DNA of 63,237 nt, counting the filler, from Reclinomonas americana ATCC 50394 (Eukaryota), in the NCBI GenBank assembly GCA_048213135.1. It is 14 parts of 14 records of this genome, joined end to end, with 100 filler letters (N's around TTAATTAATTAA, not from the genome) between each part and the next. Parts side by side here need not be neighbours in the genome. Positions count along the whole stretch, not along the records: positions 1 to 6,140 come from AFZH01020395.1; positions 6,241 to 10,540 come from AFZH01020396.1; positions 10,641 to 22,369 come from AFZH01020398.1; 11 more parts are not named here. One strand, written 5' to 3'. Below are positions 1 through 16,178 of this stretch, in pieces. The notes under the pieces are model-generated. The model was not told the origin of the DNA. It worked only from the letters and a program-made list of their open reading frames with translations, and did no database searches. The position numbers and the translations under genes are program-made. Every line of letters starts with the position of its first letter. The stretch's first letter is position 1.

Positions 1-487
1 TCGGCGTGGTCGCGAGCCGCCACAAGCTCTCTTCGTTCCTCCTCGTATACTCGCAATCGTGACCCAGACGCCTCCAGCCTACGAATGATGATGGGGAAAT
101 AAACGAATCAGCATTCTCTCAGAACACAGTCTCTCTTGCTCTCTCTCTCTCTTGCTCTCTCCCTCTCTTGCTCTCTCTCTCGCTCGCTCGCTCTCTACGC
201 ATGCGAGTGTCCGCCTCGTCGTGTTCGCAACTCTGCTTGCAAATGAATGATAGTCTCGCGCATACGACTCTTCTCCTCCATCAGCTTCGACACGGCCTGA
301 TCGCGTCCCTCCACGGCGTGCTGTCGCTCAGCCAACTCCGCCTCCAACCTGCATCACACAGACAGAGTGAGCGCGCGCTCTCTCTTTCTCCTCTCACGCA
401 CACACGCGCGCGCGCACACCGTTCACGCTCAATCATGCTCTGCTTGAGCGCCTCTTGTAGAGGCACCAAGTGCCCGAGAACATCCAT
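1..487 (-). CDS. Coiled-coil protein, 5' part (multi-exon, runs off the left edge)
   Basis: Exons ~419-487, ~205-348 and 1-78 splice to MDVLGHLVPLQEALKQSMIERER|LEAELAERQHAVEGRDQAVSKLMEEK...|LEASGSRLRVYEEERRELVAARDHA; heptad-like E/R/L composition. Confidence 0.6.
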
Positions 488-559
488 TGCACGACAATGT
501 GCTGGAGAGGTGACAAACACGCAACGGTCAAATTTTTCGAGGCATTGTGCGAGAGAAAA

Positions 560-3096
<2,537 letters not shown>

Positions 3097-3443
3097 AACA
3101 TCATCTCTCTCTGTGTTCTCTCAGTCACTCAATATCCTTTCCTTTTACACACGCGCACACGACACACTCACAAGACAGCGACCAAAAAGAACCAGCTGCA
3201 CGCACAGCACACGACAATATTTTCGACAAACATAACACCAACAACACCGACGACAGAGGGGAATGGTCGTGTTGACAACCACACACTCAAGTACTCCCTC
3301 ACGTCGTCAGCCTGTTCCACACAACAACAACAAGAACCCACATTGCATCGTGCACCATCCGTCACCGGTCCCTCGCCACTCATGACTGACCCAACTTCCA
3401 CCTCTCCTCCTCCTCCACCACCACCTGCTGCTTCCCGCCTGGC

Positions 3444-4834
3444 TTATCCAATGAGAATCTTCGTCTCGTCGAGGAACTTGTAGGTCGGGATCTCCAGGTT
3501 GAACGGAGCCGGGCCCTTGCGGATGCGTCCCGAGGTGTCGTAGTGACTGGGAGGGAAGCAGTGAGCACGTGCGGTGCAGTGTGATGGACAGGGAAACAGC
3601 AACACAATAAACACACAAACCTGCCGTGGCACGGGCAGAACTGTGTGTGTGTGTGTGAAGGAAAACAAAATGATCACCATGGGTGAGCAACACACTTATC
3701 AGAATACATCTCCATCATCACTCACCCAGCCACCAAAGTCACCAGAGCCACCAATGGGCACGCAACCAAGGTGAGTGCACACGCCGAGCACAATCTGTCG
3801 CCACCACGATTAGTTTTCTATCTGGCGCAGCGACTGGCCACTGTGTTGAGAAACAACGCACCAGCCACTCGGGCTTGGGGAAGCGCTCAGCATCAGTTTG
3901 CTGGTGGCGCAGTTCAGCGAGCGGAACAGAAGCGGCAGCCTCGATCTCAGAAGGGGTGCGGTGGCGGATGAACACCGGCTTGCTGCATGATGCGAAGCAC
4001 GAGGCACATGAGTTACTTCTCTCCTTCGCACGTTGCAGTTATCCCACTCACCCCCTCCACTTGACAGTCATAGACGAGCCCTCAGCCAGATTCGCCACAT
4101 CGACTTCCACAGAGGCCAACGCCAGCACATCAGCCGACGCCGTCATTCTACAGCCAACAACCCCTAAGTCACAGACATTGGGAGATGACGATGCAGAGAG
4201 AGAGAGAGACGCAACGTGTAGATAAACTTGAGCACCATGACACGCACAGCAGCCGAGTACACAAAGCGACCAGTGCCGAGCACAAAGTACGCAAAGGTGC
4301 GCTTTGTCGGATCACCACCACCTGTGCATCAACAGATCAGACTGCATCATCGCGTTGTTATGCGCACGTGTGACACACACACTCAGTCGCAACTCTTCAG
4401 GTACGACAGCTGCTGCTCCTTGTTGTAGTAGCCAGTGTCGAGCGAAGGCGCCTGCGTGCTTGTCGCAAAGAATCGCTGACCATCTGAGAGAGAGCGCGCG
4501 CACATGAGGCCAACAGCTCACAACAAGAGCAGACAAGAGAGAAAAGAGACGCAACTGAGCGACGCTGTGAGCACAGGCGACGACGCGTTCAGTGCACCAC
4601 GCGGGCGCAGCAAACTGCAACATTGTGTGAGTGAGAGAGTGCGACATGGAAATGACATGGTGGGGCACACTTTTGAGCAGACCTCTGTCGCTGCGGCACA
4701 GGCACAGGCTCAACATGCGCCGCCTGCACCGCCAGTGCGGCCGCACCGCGCGCTGCAGGCACGCGGAACGCAGTGGTGGCCAGACGCGACGCTGAGCCAA
4801 ACACAGAGCGAACCACTCCTCCAGAGAACACCAT
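3444..4834 (-). CDS. UQCRFS1: Mitochondrial cytochrome bc1 Rieske iron-sulfur protein, multi-exon; start approximate
   Basis: Spliced product has [86 protein letters not shown], i.e. both Rieske boxes; Arg/Ser/Ala-rich N-terminus resembles a mitochondrial presequence. Confidence 0.96.
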
Positions 4835-5353
4835 GTAAAAACTGCGCACATACACACAACACACGACGAGCAAGTGTCAGTGCACGTGCGACAGGCACAT
4901 CAGGCAAGGTCGACACACACGCGAACGCACATGTTGTGAAATGATGAAAATTCAGTGTCCGCGCGACGTTCTGCAGGCATTCTCCTGCGCGCGCAGAAAG
5001 ACTATGCATGCGCTCGAGTCACCGGTGCGTCTGCTTTTTGTTGTTGCACGCGCCACTCAAAACGAGAATTTCGCGCGCGCACAAGATTCGACTTCGACGT
5101 CGCATCGAGCGTTTTCAAAAGAAAGGAAACGCAGCGCACACTGTGACTCAGAAGAGGAAGACGGGGAGAAGCCGAGGAGAAAGTCTGCGTGAGGCAACCT
5201 GCAGCGACTAGACTTTCACCGCCCATTCCGCTCATCGGCCAACGCGGACCATTTTTGCCTCACAGACAGACAGTCAAGGGCTATTCTCTCTCCCGCGCCA
5301 CTCTCCTTTCTTCTCTTCTCCGCTCTCCTTTTCCCCGCTCTCCAATTTTCCAA

Positions 5354-8300
5354 ATGAGCGCGGCACTTGAGCTGATTCGCCGCATGTGGTCACGCGGGCG
5401 CTCCTCATCGCCGTCCACACAAGCAACCACTGCCACTGTCGGCACACACGAAGTCGACGAGGAGGAAGAAGAGGAAGGGGGGGAAGAAGAAGTCGACATT
5501 GACGAGGAGGAGGACGATGACATGGTGGACAGCAGTCAGACGGATGATGATGATGATGACGATGAGCATCCACGGCGTCACGCACAACAACAACAGCAAC
5601 AACAGCAGCCTCCGCGCACTGTGCGTCGACATCGACATCGTGCCTCCCTACACCACCATCAGCATCATCATGCGCTTCCATTGCCGCCGCCGCCACCCTC
5701 GCGTCATCATCACCGCCGGCATGCGGGCAAGCCGCCGCTGCCGCCACCTCTTCCTCCGCCTCCTCCAGTGCCCTCGAAGCCGAGTATAGTTGACCTACGC
5801 AAGGTCTAGTAGCAGTGTGTGTGCGTGACTGGCTGGTTGCATCATGACTCATAGACTACCACGTGTCATGCGTGCAGGGCACTTTGCCGCAACTGTGGGA
5901 GCAGAGCATCAGTGACTCGTTGACGTGCTTGCTGTTCCAGTACCGGCCCTTTGTGCATATAGGTGCGCGCGCGCGCGCTGCGTGTTCGATGCTGCGTCAT
6001 TCTCTGACAACTCTTTGACGGAATATTGCGTGTGTGGTGGCAGTCGTGGTCAATGGCAAGGCCGAGGGTATTTTGGAGTATGCGCGCGAATTCGCCAGTG
6101 GATGCTTGCGGCAGCGTGCCAATGTGTATATGCAGGATGGNNNNNNNNNNNNNNNNNNNNNNNNNNNNNNNNNNNNNNNNNNNNTTAATTAATTAANNNN
6201 NNNNNNNNNNNNNNNNNNNNNNNNNNNNNNNNNNNNNNNNCACTGGAACGCGGCGTGGTGGTGCGTGTGTCATGCTCACCTCTGTGCCGTCCATGTTGCT
6301 CAACAAGCTTTCTCTGTTGTTCGCCAGCGGTTCGGGGCAATGAGGTGGACCGGATATTGGATTCGTCGCCGTCGTCGGTGCCGGTGGTCATCACCACCAA
6401 GAACATCAAAAAGGGTACTGTGCACCTGCGACGCAATGGGCGGCTGGTGGAGTTGTCCAGTGCTGCGGTGTTGAAGTTGGTCGAGGCCAAGACCAGTGTC
6501 GACGACCCAGCGAACGCCAGCAGCGCGCAGCCTCTGACGCCGGAGCAGGTGGTGCACATTACGCGCGCCCTTGTTGACTTTCCCGTGGGTGAAGAACTGT
6601 GCGAGGAAGCTGGACGAAAGGTGCGCGCATTTCTCTTTTTCTCTCCTCCTCTCTCCACCTCCCCCCACTCAACGAACATTAGGGGCTGGTGTTCCTCACC
6701 CACTGCGGCATCTCGGCCTCGGCGTTCTCTCGCGGCATTAATATTGGAGATCGCTATCCGAGAGACTCGATTCTCCCGCGCTGGAAGGAGCAGTGTCAGG
6801 TGAGCGTTTTTTTCGTCACCGAATGCACCACACGGTTTTGGTGCGTCTGACTCACTCTTCCGCAATAGGCATTTTTGTACGCGCGGTTCGCCTCTCTGGC
6901 ACCAAAGAAGGCCGTGTCGTCTGCCGAATCTCGTGGCGAGGACGTCGATACAGCCGCCGTGTCTCGTACTGCGGCCGCAGCAGATTTATCACCGCCCTCC
7001 GCAGCCACTAGTCCCGACAGCAACAGCATGTCGCTGTTTTCGTCCTTCCCATTCCACGTCAAGAATCCGCTCTGCGGCATCGACGGTGTCAGTTCGCGAC
7101 CCGCGCACTCACGTTCCATCTCGGTTCCGATTGTACGCGCGGAGGTGTTGGCGGTGCAACCGAGACCACGGCGACCGCTGTGCGACATGGATGTGGCACG
7201 CCAATTGGCCGGCTTGCCGGTGGAAGAGCGCGACTCGTCGCAATACGACGACGAATTTGTGGACGACGTCACGGACGACCTGCACACGGAGATGCTACCG
7301 TTTGACGATGCGCCGGTCCGTAGTCCGTACGACTGGAGTGCTGCGCCGTCGCAACTCAAAAGCATGGATTTCGAATGGGACTCTGGGGTGCGTTTTTTCT
7401 TCTCCCTGCCTCTGCCGCGTTGTACTTGTCATTCCTCATCTTCCCTTCTCTCTCTCGTTTCGCGCAGCGTCAACGCAAGTCGGCGCCCACTCTCTCCCTG
7501 TTCGACTTGTTCTCCAGTCAGACTGTGTCAGACCCGTCGTCCTTGTCCTCCTCCCTCGGAGATGACACGTCGACCGCTCTTGCTCTTGCCGATCAACGCC
7601 GCCACACCGTGCTCGTCAATTCTGCCTCCAGCGACCACATGGCACAGTCGGGTGATCGTCGACCAGACGGCCACGCCGACGATTTTTTGGCCAGTCTCCT
7701 CGGCGCAAATGATGTTGAGTTGTGGATTCTCACTCTCTCAAGAGATGCATGTTTGTCTGTCAGCTGACGGTGCAGCCGTGTGTGTGTACCAGGGTGCGGA
7801 CACGGATCTGACGGACAGCTCCGGGCGGCTGTACGCGCGGCACGTACACCGGCGCTCCGGTTCGCTGGAGAACATTGCCGCGTCCCTCAACAGGTCGCGG
7901 GCCAGTTCTCTCCAGTCGTCTCTCTCACTCGGTGGCTCCTCGTTGGCCTCTAATAATCAACAAGCGGCGGTCGGTGGTGCGGGTGACCCAGTAACTGTGC
8001 AGTTGGACACGGCATCGAGTGACGGTCGGTCACACGTCTTGCTGCTTGCCCGCTTTTGTCTGTCGTGATTGTCGCTGACCGCGCTTCAACGCAGGATGGA
8101 ATGACTGCTCGCCGGCCGTGAGTACCGCACCTTCGCGTGGCAACGGCGACGATGGAGACGGCGAAGTTGAATTCTCTGCATTCGAACGCGAAGTGTGGCA
8201 GCAGTTTGAGCAGGACTGGGAGAGCACTGCACCACCAGCACTGCCGTCTCCATTGACGATTCCATCACCACCGCCACTGTCACTTGAGACTATGGCTGCG

Positions 8301-10508
8301 AGCGCAGTTGCGAAGCACGAAATGTCGACTGCTGTCCGCATCTCCCTCTCACACTCCCATGTTGCGCAGGCACCGGTTCTGCCGAGCGAGACTTCACTAC
8401 CACCTCCTCAACTATCCGTGCCGGCGACGACGACGACCCGTGTACATGTGCACCACAGATCCATCGACTCGATGTCGCAGTCGGCACTCGAGTCCACCAC
8501 CGGCATGGCGGCCGCGTCCTCGTCCACCCGAAGTTCTGCGGGTCCATCGCCAACCCCCTCGACTGCGGTTTCGACAGCCGCGTCTGCCGTCGCAACGCCG
8601 GCCGGTTCACGCTCACCGTCGCCACCACGCACTGGTGCCGCAACTGCACCTCAGCCGACGCCCACGGAAGACGAACAAACGACACCGTCGCAGGATGATG
8701 GCAGTGAGAGCGTGGCCGGCGACGTGCCAGTGCTGATGCAGAGCATGCCCGAGTCCCCTGTCGAACCGACGACGCACCATGCGCCCTTGTATTCATTGCC
8801 TGTGCGACGATCGACGCTGCTGGATCGCTCTGATGCGCTCATTGTGTCCGAGGTGAGCAGGACGCGTCTCCTCATCTGCATCTTCCCAGCACTCTCACAC
8901 GTTGTCGCTTCCCTGCAGAGTGAAGACGACGTTAGCTCGGCAGCCACCACGGCCTCTCTCAAGTTCTTCCCCGCCAGCGACGAGGATCCGCGCGATCCGT
9001 GGAGAATTATGCCGAACGAGTTGTACAAGCCATCTCCGGACGACAGCGACGGCGACACGTCGTCGAGTGAGCGCGTGGGTCGGAGTGCCAAGCGCACAGC
9101 TGTGCCGCTGCGCACACGTTCGCGTTCCTCTTCTCGGGGTCGCTCACGTACCCGCGCGTCTCTGCGACCTACGCGGAATGCGCATTCGCCGTCGCCAGGA
9201 AGGCTGCGTCCGGGTGCGATGATTGACGACGGCGTGGACGACGACGACGACGGCGGTGGCGGCGATGATGTCGGTGGTGACGATACTGGCGGCGCTGGTG
9301 GCAGCAGTGGCGTGGCGGCGGCGGAAGGTCGGGAATCGCCGCAACTGGCCGCTCGACCGCGCTACCGAGCCTACACCGATACGGTGGCCGAGCAGCGCGA
9401 TCAAGCCGAGCGACAGCAGACCGCCATCTATGGCGATCATGGAACCACCACCTCCGTGTCTCCACCATCGGTTCCAACCGTGAAGGCCAATGTTCCACCG
9501 AGTCTGGCTGCTCGCTTGGCCAGTATTCCACCACCACCGCCGCCAAAGGTAAGATTTTTCCCGCTTTTATTCAGAAGTCTCGTGACCTGCTCACTCACTC
9601 ATTACGTCCGCGTCTTTTTGCAGCCAATGCTGGCACCGTCTCCAGAAGAGCACCAGGCGCTGATGGAGAGCTTCAACCAGGCGCATGCTCAGGCGTACGC
9701 ACGGCTGCAGGAGCACGCACATCATCAACATCACCGCCCACAGCACCACGCGTATGGCAGACAGCAACACCAGCAGCATCACCATCAGCAGCAGCAGCAG
9801 CAGCAGCAGCACCATCATCATCATCAGCAGCAGCAACAACAACAGCAGCAGCACACACAGCAACAACAGCAGCAGCAGTACGTGACTGCGATGCCGTATG
9901 CCTACGGCGCGCCTGCGGGCTATTACATGTATGCGCCGAATTCACCGCCGCCAGTATCGTCGCCGGTGAGTCACATGGGTCGCGGCCGTGGGCAGCACCA
10001 CTCGGCCTCTCCACCACCAGCACATGGTGGTGGTGGTGGCAGCAGCAGCAGCAGCAACGCGCGGCGACGAGCCAAGAGCGAGCAGCAGTTTCATCGCAAG
10101 CAGCAATCGTATCACCACTACAGTGCCGGCAGTGCGGTGGCCAGCCACCTACCCTTGTCTCCACCACCTCCACCGATGCCGGTACCACTCTCTCCGTCCA
10201 CACCTTCATCCGCGCTCATGACGCCTCCGCCTCCACCCTACTGCTACTCGCCACCAACCGGAGTCGCCGCCCACATGGGTGGCTACTACGCGCCGCCTGG
10301 TGGTGCACCACCGCACTTTATGGTTGCTCCCGCACTTTCAGCGTCATCGCCGTCGCCACCACCACCACTACCGACGGTGCAGCCTTCCGTTGCGGGCTAC
10401 GGTGCCGTGCCATCACACGTGTACGCCGGATATACGACTACTGCAGTGATGGTATGCGGTATTGTGGTGATTTTTCCATTTTCGTCTGTCGGCTTGTCTC
10501 ACCACCCT

Positions 10509-10540
<32 letters not shown>
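5354..10540 (+). CDS. Large low-complexity protein of unknown function (acidic, poly-Q/H/P and Ser/Thr-rich), spans one gap, 3' end lost in gap
   Basis: Chain of long + strand ORFs (5354-5803, 6330-6620, 6870-7390, 8096-10450) bounded by GT...AG introns; no domain recognised. Confidence 0.55.
6141..6240. other. Artificial scaffold spacer N-TTAATTAATTAA-N (first of many copies)
   Basis: The same 12-mer, with stops in all six frames, sits between N runs at every gap. Confidence 0.98.
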
Positions 10541-10640
10541 NNNNNNNNNNNNNNNNNNNNNNNNNNNNNNNNNNNNNNNNNNNNTTAATTAATTAANNNN
10601 NNNNNNNNNNNNNNNNNNNNNNNNNNNNNNNNNNNNNNNN

Positions 10641-10988
10641 CTGCTACTGCTGCGGGTGCTGGTGCTGGCGTCTCCACTGCCACCGGCAACGTTGGTTTGA
10701 TCACGGGCGGCGATGCAGTGACCGCCGCCACCAGCTCCACATAGTGCGTCGGCACGTATCCCTCTCCCGACTGCGAGATGGCCCACAACCAGCCTGTGCC
10801 CTCATCCTACACACACACACGCAGTGGGCAACAGCACTGGAGCTGCTCACACAGTCACTCTCACTTATTACCTCGGTGGTGGGCAGACTCAGTGTCTCGC
10901 CTTCTCGCAGAGGCAGTGCCGCCGGATCCGCACCGCCATCCCAATCATACAAGGCGCGTGCGCGCAGAAGCAACGCCGCCGAGCTCAT
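10641..10988 (-). CDS. SH3-domain protein, 5' part (truncated by gap)
   Basis: RARALYDWDGGADPAALPLREGETL...|DEGTGWLWAISQSGEGYVPTHYVE carries the SH3 hallmarks ALYD, L..G+.+, GW and G..P..YV. Confidence 0.85.
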
Positions 10989-11092
10989 CGCACGGAGAAT
11001 TGATCGCGGGTTACCTCGGAGATCTCGAACAGAAATTCACAGCAGGGTTTCACGTTTGTGTTTGTGTACGCGAGTGGGGCAAATCGCACTTT

Positions 11093-14000
11093 ATGGACGA
11101 CGCGTCTGCGTTCTTTGACGCTGAGGAGGAGGAGGAGGAGGAGGAGGATGAGAGCTTTGATGGGAGCATTGACGACGACGAGGAGGATGATGATGGCGAT
11201 GATGATGATGAAAGTGTGAGCGAGCTGCAGCAGCAGCAAACAGCAGAGGTCATTGATGTGGACGTCGATGAGAGCGAGGGGAGTGAGGATGGCGATGAGT
11301 ATCCGGAGGCCGATGCTGGCAGCGATGAGATGCGCCAAGTGTCGTCTGAGGGCGAGGAGGAAGAGGAAGAGCAAGAGCAGCAAGAGCAGGAGCTCGAGGA
11401 GCAGTCGGAGGCCGACAATGAGGACGAGGGTGATGATGAGGATGAGGACGGCGAGGCGCAGGTGGAGACAATGGCGATGAAGCAAGCGTCGCCCAAAATG
11501 GTATGCCGCCAACACACACATTGCTCGTGTACACTCTCTCGCGCTCACTGCGTGTCGTCGCCTGCAGAGTTCTCGGTCGCCGGCGAGCCTGCAGCCAGTG
11601 TCGCACGACTCGCACCCACTGCCCATGATGCTGCTTTCGCCACCACCACCGCCGCCGCCTCCGCCGCCTCCGCCGCCACCTCCGCCACCGCCGCCACCCG
11701 CACATTCCAGTAGTGATGATGTGTTGTCAGAGTCGCACGGTGGTGCATTTGGCGAGCAGGAGCCGCAGGAGGAGGAGGAGGTGGTGGAGGAGGAAGAGCG
11801 CCACATGGTTTCCACTGGCGCACTGCAAGAGTCGTCGTCGGTGGCATCGGCGGGCAGCGCGACTCCGTCGACACTCTTGTCGGCGCTCCAGCTCATGTCG
11901 CCGCAGACGCCCATGGCGCTCGACTCGCCGTTTGTGTCCGCCAGTCGCCTGCGTACTCGTCAGCACCCCGCTGGCGGCTCCCCGCAGTTGTCGGCATCGG
12001 CGTCGGCACCAGCTGGCGACGGGCACGGTGGCGATTTGGCGTCGCCACTGCTGCTGCCGCGGTCGCCGCAACTGCGCGCCACCAAGAAGCGTCTGCTTGG
12101 CGTGAACTCGGACTCGGACGACGACAGTTCAAGTGACGCCGACTCGCGTGCCCCGGAGGAGAAGAAGCAGCGACACGACACGACGCCGGAGTCGTTGGCC
12201 GCCCCCGGTGCGCAGCTGCTGACCGACTCGAATCTGACGCAAAGCACGCGACAGTGGGTCGCCGATGCCGAGGTTGGTGTCCCCCCACTTCTGTTGCTCA
12301 TTGTTGTGCATTGTGCACTCACACACGCACATCACCAGATGTCACTGGACCGCAACAAGGTCGACGAGGCGGTGCGCATTATTGATTTCATTTGTCAGCG
12401 CGAGCCCAATTACGTGCCCGCTCTGCTCGTGCGCACGTCCATCTTGCAACGGCAGGAGAAGTTGGATGGTGAGGCCGCCTGCCTGCTGTGTTTCTTGTGT
12501 AACTTCAGTTGCTCATGCAGTGCGGCAGAGGCGCTGGCGGTGCTGGATCGTGTGCTGGTCTTGCGACCGATTGAAGTGCGTGCACTGATCGGGCGAGGCG
12601 TGGTGCTGCGCAAGTTGCTGCGGTTAGAGGAGGCCGTTTCGGCACTCGAGCGTGCTCTGGAATTGGATCCCGACTCGACAGCGGCAAAGGCCGAGCTCGC
12701 TGTGACATTGACCGACTTGGGAACTAATCGGCTCACTCACGGACTGCCAGAGGCCGGCTACCACATGTATGAGCGTGCGGTCGAGCTCGATCCGCAGTAC
12801 GCACCGGCGTATTTCAACATGGGCGTCATGTTGCGTCGGATGCGCGCAGATATGAGTGTGTAGAATGTGTGCTTACGCGATTTTCATGTGCAGGCTGTCG
12901 GACAGCTCCATCCCCGACGACGCGCAGCGGGCGTACGAAAAGGCAATTGAGATGAATCCGACCTACGTGGAGGCACTCTGCAATTTGGGTGTGCTGCACA
13001 AGAATCGAGGTTTGACGACGCGCAGCGCCTGCCTGCATATTCACCACCACCACCTCGTTTTTCTCACATTTTGACCGCATACAGGAATGTTGGAGGAGGC
13101 GGTGCAGCTGCTGGAGCGCGCTCTGGTACTCAGCCCGCAAGTGGACTTGGTGCGTTCCAACTTGGCGTTGGCACTCTCCGATCTGGGTTCAGCAGTCAAG
13201 GCCAAGGGCGACGCGGCGCGCGCCCTGAAGCTCTACGAGCGCAGCATTATCGTACTTCCATCGTTTGCGCAAGCGCACTACAACATGGGCGTGTGGTACG
13301 CGGAGACGGGCGACTTGCAAAGAGTGCGCTGTTGCTCCCCTTGACTTGATTATCTATTCGCCTCTTTGACATTGTCTCTTTTGTGCGCAGGCCACCATGT
13401 GCTACCGGCTCGCTGTGCAGTTTGCGCCGGACTACGCCGAGGCCCACAACAATCTGGGAGTGGTCCTCAAGGAACAGGGCGACTTGCAGGGCAGTGCCGA
13501 GGCGTACCATCGGGCGTTGCGAGCACACGTGCATCCGCAGACCCTCAACAATCTCGGCGTGCTGTACACTCTGCAAGGAAATGTTGCGTGGTGGCATCTC
13601 CTTGTACTCGCGTATTGTCACGGATTTCCATCACTCACTCCTCACGCAGTACGCCGAGGCTTTCCGCTTGCTGACCGAGGCTGTGAAACTGGACGAGACG
13701 TACGCTGATGCGTGGAACAATCTCGGTGTGCTCTATCGAGACGCAGGCCAGATCTGGGAGGCGATTCGCGCGTACTCGCGTGCCCTGCAGTACGATCCCG
13801 ACAGCGAGACCGCTGGTCCGAATCGACTCATGGCCATGAACTGTTGCGTTGCTCTTTGTATCTCGCCGCTTGTCAAGGCGCTTGCCAACTTTCTGACTTA
13901 CCCCCGCACATGCAGACCTGGATGAGCTGTCGGTCAAGACCATTTTCGATGAGCACAAGGCGTGGGGCAATCGCATGATATCGCGGTGCGCGCCGTGCAA

Positions 14001-16027
14001 ATCGTGGCCGAATGCAGCATCATGTGTGCCGTCGGTGGATGTGCGTCTCTCCTCGCTTGATCTCTATGCAGTCCAGGTCGCTCACGGTGTTGATGAGCAG
14101 GGTGTGTTGCCGTACGGGCGACCACTGGTAATTGGGTACCTTTCACCCGACTTTTTCACGCACTCGGTATCGTACTTTATCCACGCGCCACTGCGGTGCC
14201 ATGACCGTTCGCAATTCCGCATCATCCTGTTGCGTCATCCTTGTGTGTGTGTGTGTGTGTGTGTGTGCGAAACGAGGAACAGACATGCTCACTCGTGCAA
14301 CAGCTACTCGAATGTCCAATACCCCGACAAGAAGACCGAGATGTTCAAGTCGCTGGGTCACGAATGGCGCGACGTTTTTGGCCGCTCGGCTGCCGACGTG
14401 TGCGACATGATTCGTGCCGATGGCGTCGACATTCTTGTCGATCTCGCCGGTCACACGGCGCTGAATCGTCTGGATGTGATGGCCAGGAAGCCGGCACCTG
14501 TCAGCGTGACGTTGCGTGCTTCTCTTCCCCTCGCGCCGCTGAGTGATGCAGGTGACTCATACAGTGTTGCGCAGGTGGATTGGCTACCCGAATACCACCG
14601 GCCTCACCACGGTCGACTACCGCATTACGGATGGTGTTGTGGATCCAGAGTCGACCGAGCAGCCGTACACGGAGCGACTGTGGCGCATGCCGCGAGCATT
14701 CCTCTGCTACACTCCAATCGCGTCACCGCCACCTGTGTCACCGGTGGGTGCAGACTGAAGTGATGCGGCTCTTATCCCTCCCGCATTCATCACTCTCTCC
14801 CTCTCTCGCGCAGGCACCGTATGTAAAGAACGAATTCATCACCTTTGGCACCTTCAACAGCGTGGCCAAGATGACGCCACGCGTGCTGCGTTTGTGGAGC
14901 CGCGTGACGCTGTCGGTACCGAAGTCGGTGCGTCGCGTGCATGCTGGTGACCGCGATCGTGTGTGATTTGCTGACTTTTTGCGTTTGTTCTGCAGCGTCT
15001 GCTCCTGAAATCCAAGACCTTTGCGTGTGACAGCGTTCGCGAGCGCATGTGGGAGGCCCTGGAGAGCAGCGGCCTTCCGCGGCATCGCGTCGACTTGCTG
15101 CCGCTGCTGCCTGACGCCAAGGATCATCTCGATTGCTATTCGTACCTCGACATTTCACTTGACACGTTCCCGTGCGTTCTCCGACAACTCCCCTCACTGT
15201 GTTCGTTTGGCTCTCCCGTGTGCTCACCGAATGTGACACGCAGGTATGCTGGCACAACGACCACCACCGAGTGCTTCCTAATGAGCGTGCCGGTGATTTC
15301 GCTGCGCACGGCGTCGAATCACGCGCACAATGTCGGTGCGTGAATGAGACTCACTCCTGTGATCTTCTTTGTATCCACCCTTCACTGATTATCGAATACC
15401 AGGCGCCACTCTTTTGCACCATGTGGGCCACCCGGAGCTGATTGCCGACTCGGAGGATGAATATGTACGGATTGCGTGCGAGTTGGCCAACGATGTCGAG
15501 CGTCTGCTGCGATTGCGTTCCACATTGCGGTTCGTACCGCACTCATCTTTCTATCCACATGTGTTCTACACGCTCATCATTACTGCAGCGACGAGTTCCT
15601 GGCCTCCTCCCTGTGCGATGCACCGCTGTTCACTGCCGATCTGGAGGACAGCTACATCCAGATGTGGTCCGAGTACCTGCAGCAGTGGGCATCGCAGGCT
15701 GACGCCGAACCAGAACCTGCCGCCAATGGCGCAGTTCTCCACCTACCTCTCCGGCTACCCATGCCGCCTCCACCTCCACCACCGCCGCCACCACCACCAC
15801 CGCCATTGTTTTCGTCGCTCACGACGCAGTCGTTCACGGCGGTGAAACGAGCACCCATCATGGCGCCATCGTTGCGTGTGCACACTACACATCGTGGGCG
15901 TTGTTCTTCACTTGTGACTCACCTTCACTCGTGCTGCAGACCCGACGACGACGTCGACTTGCTGTCCGCCGACTTTAGCAGCAGTGGCGGCGACCCGTTT
16001 CCACCATACGACGGCGACCAACCATAG
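11093..16027 (+). CDS. SPY: SPINDLY-like protein O-fucosyltransferase (TPR array + GT41 catalytic domain), about 18 exons
   Basis: TPRs (YAPAYFNMGV, YVEALCNLGVLHKNRG, YAEAHNNLGVVLK); catalytic motifs RPLVIGYLSPDFFTHSVSYFI, DILVDLAGHTALNRLDVMARKPAPVSVT|WIGYPNTTGL, ITFGTFNSVAK, DISLDTFP|YAGTTTT, HAHNVG. Confidence 0.93.
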
Positions 16028-16178
16028 ACAGAAACCCCCGCACAGAAAAAAACATAGCTAGTCATAATCCTCCGCCCATGAAGAAAAAAATCATCTAGGC
16101 GGACAAGTCCACTTCGTTTGTTGCAATCACCGACGGACGCCTGTGTGAGAGCATTGAAGACACAAGGAGTTCGCCTGT

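Noticed and set aside
6141..6240. TTAATTAATTAA palindrome recurring throughout the window
   Set aside because: Always centred in N runs; it is an artificial six-frame-stop contig linker.
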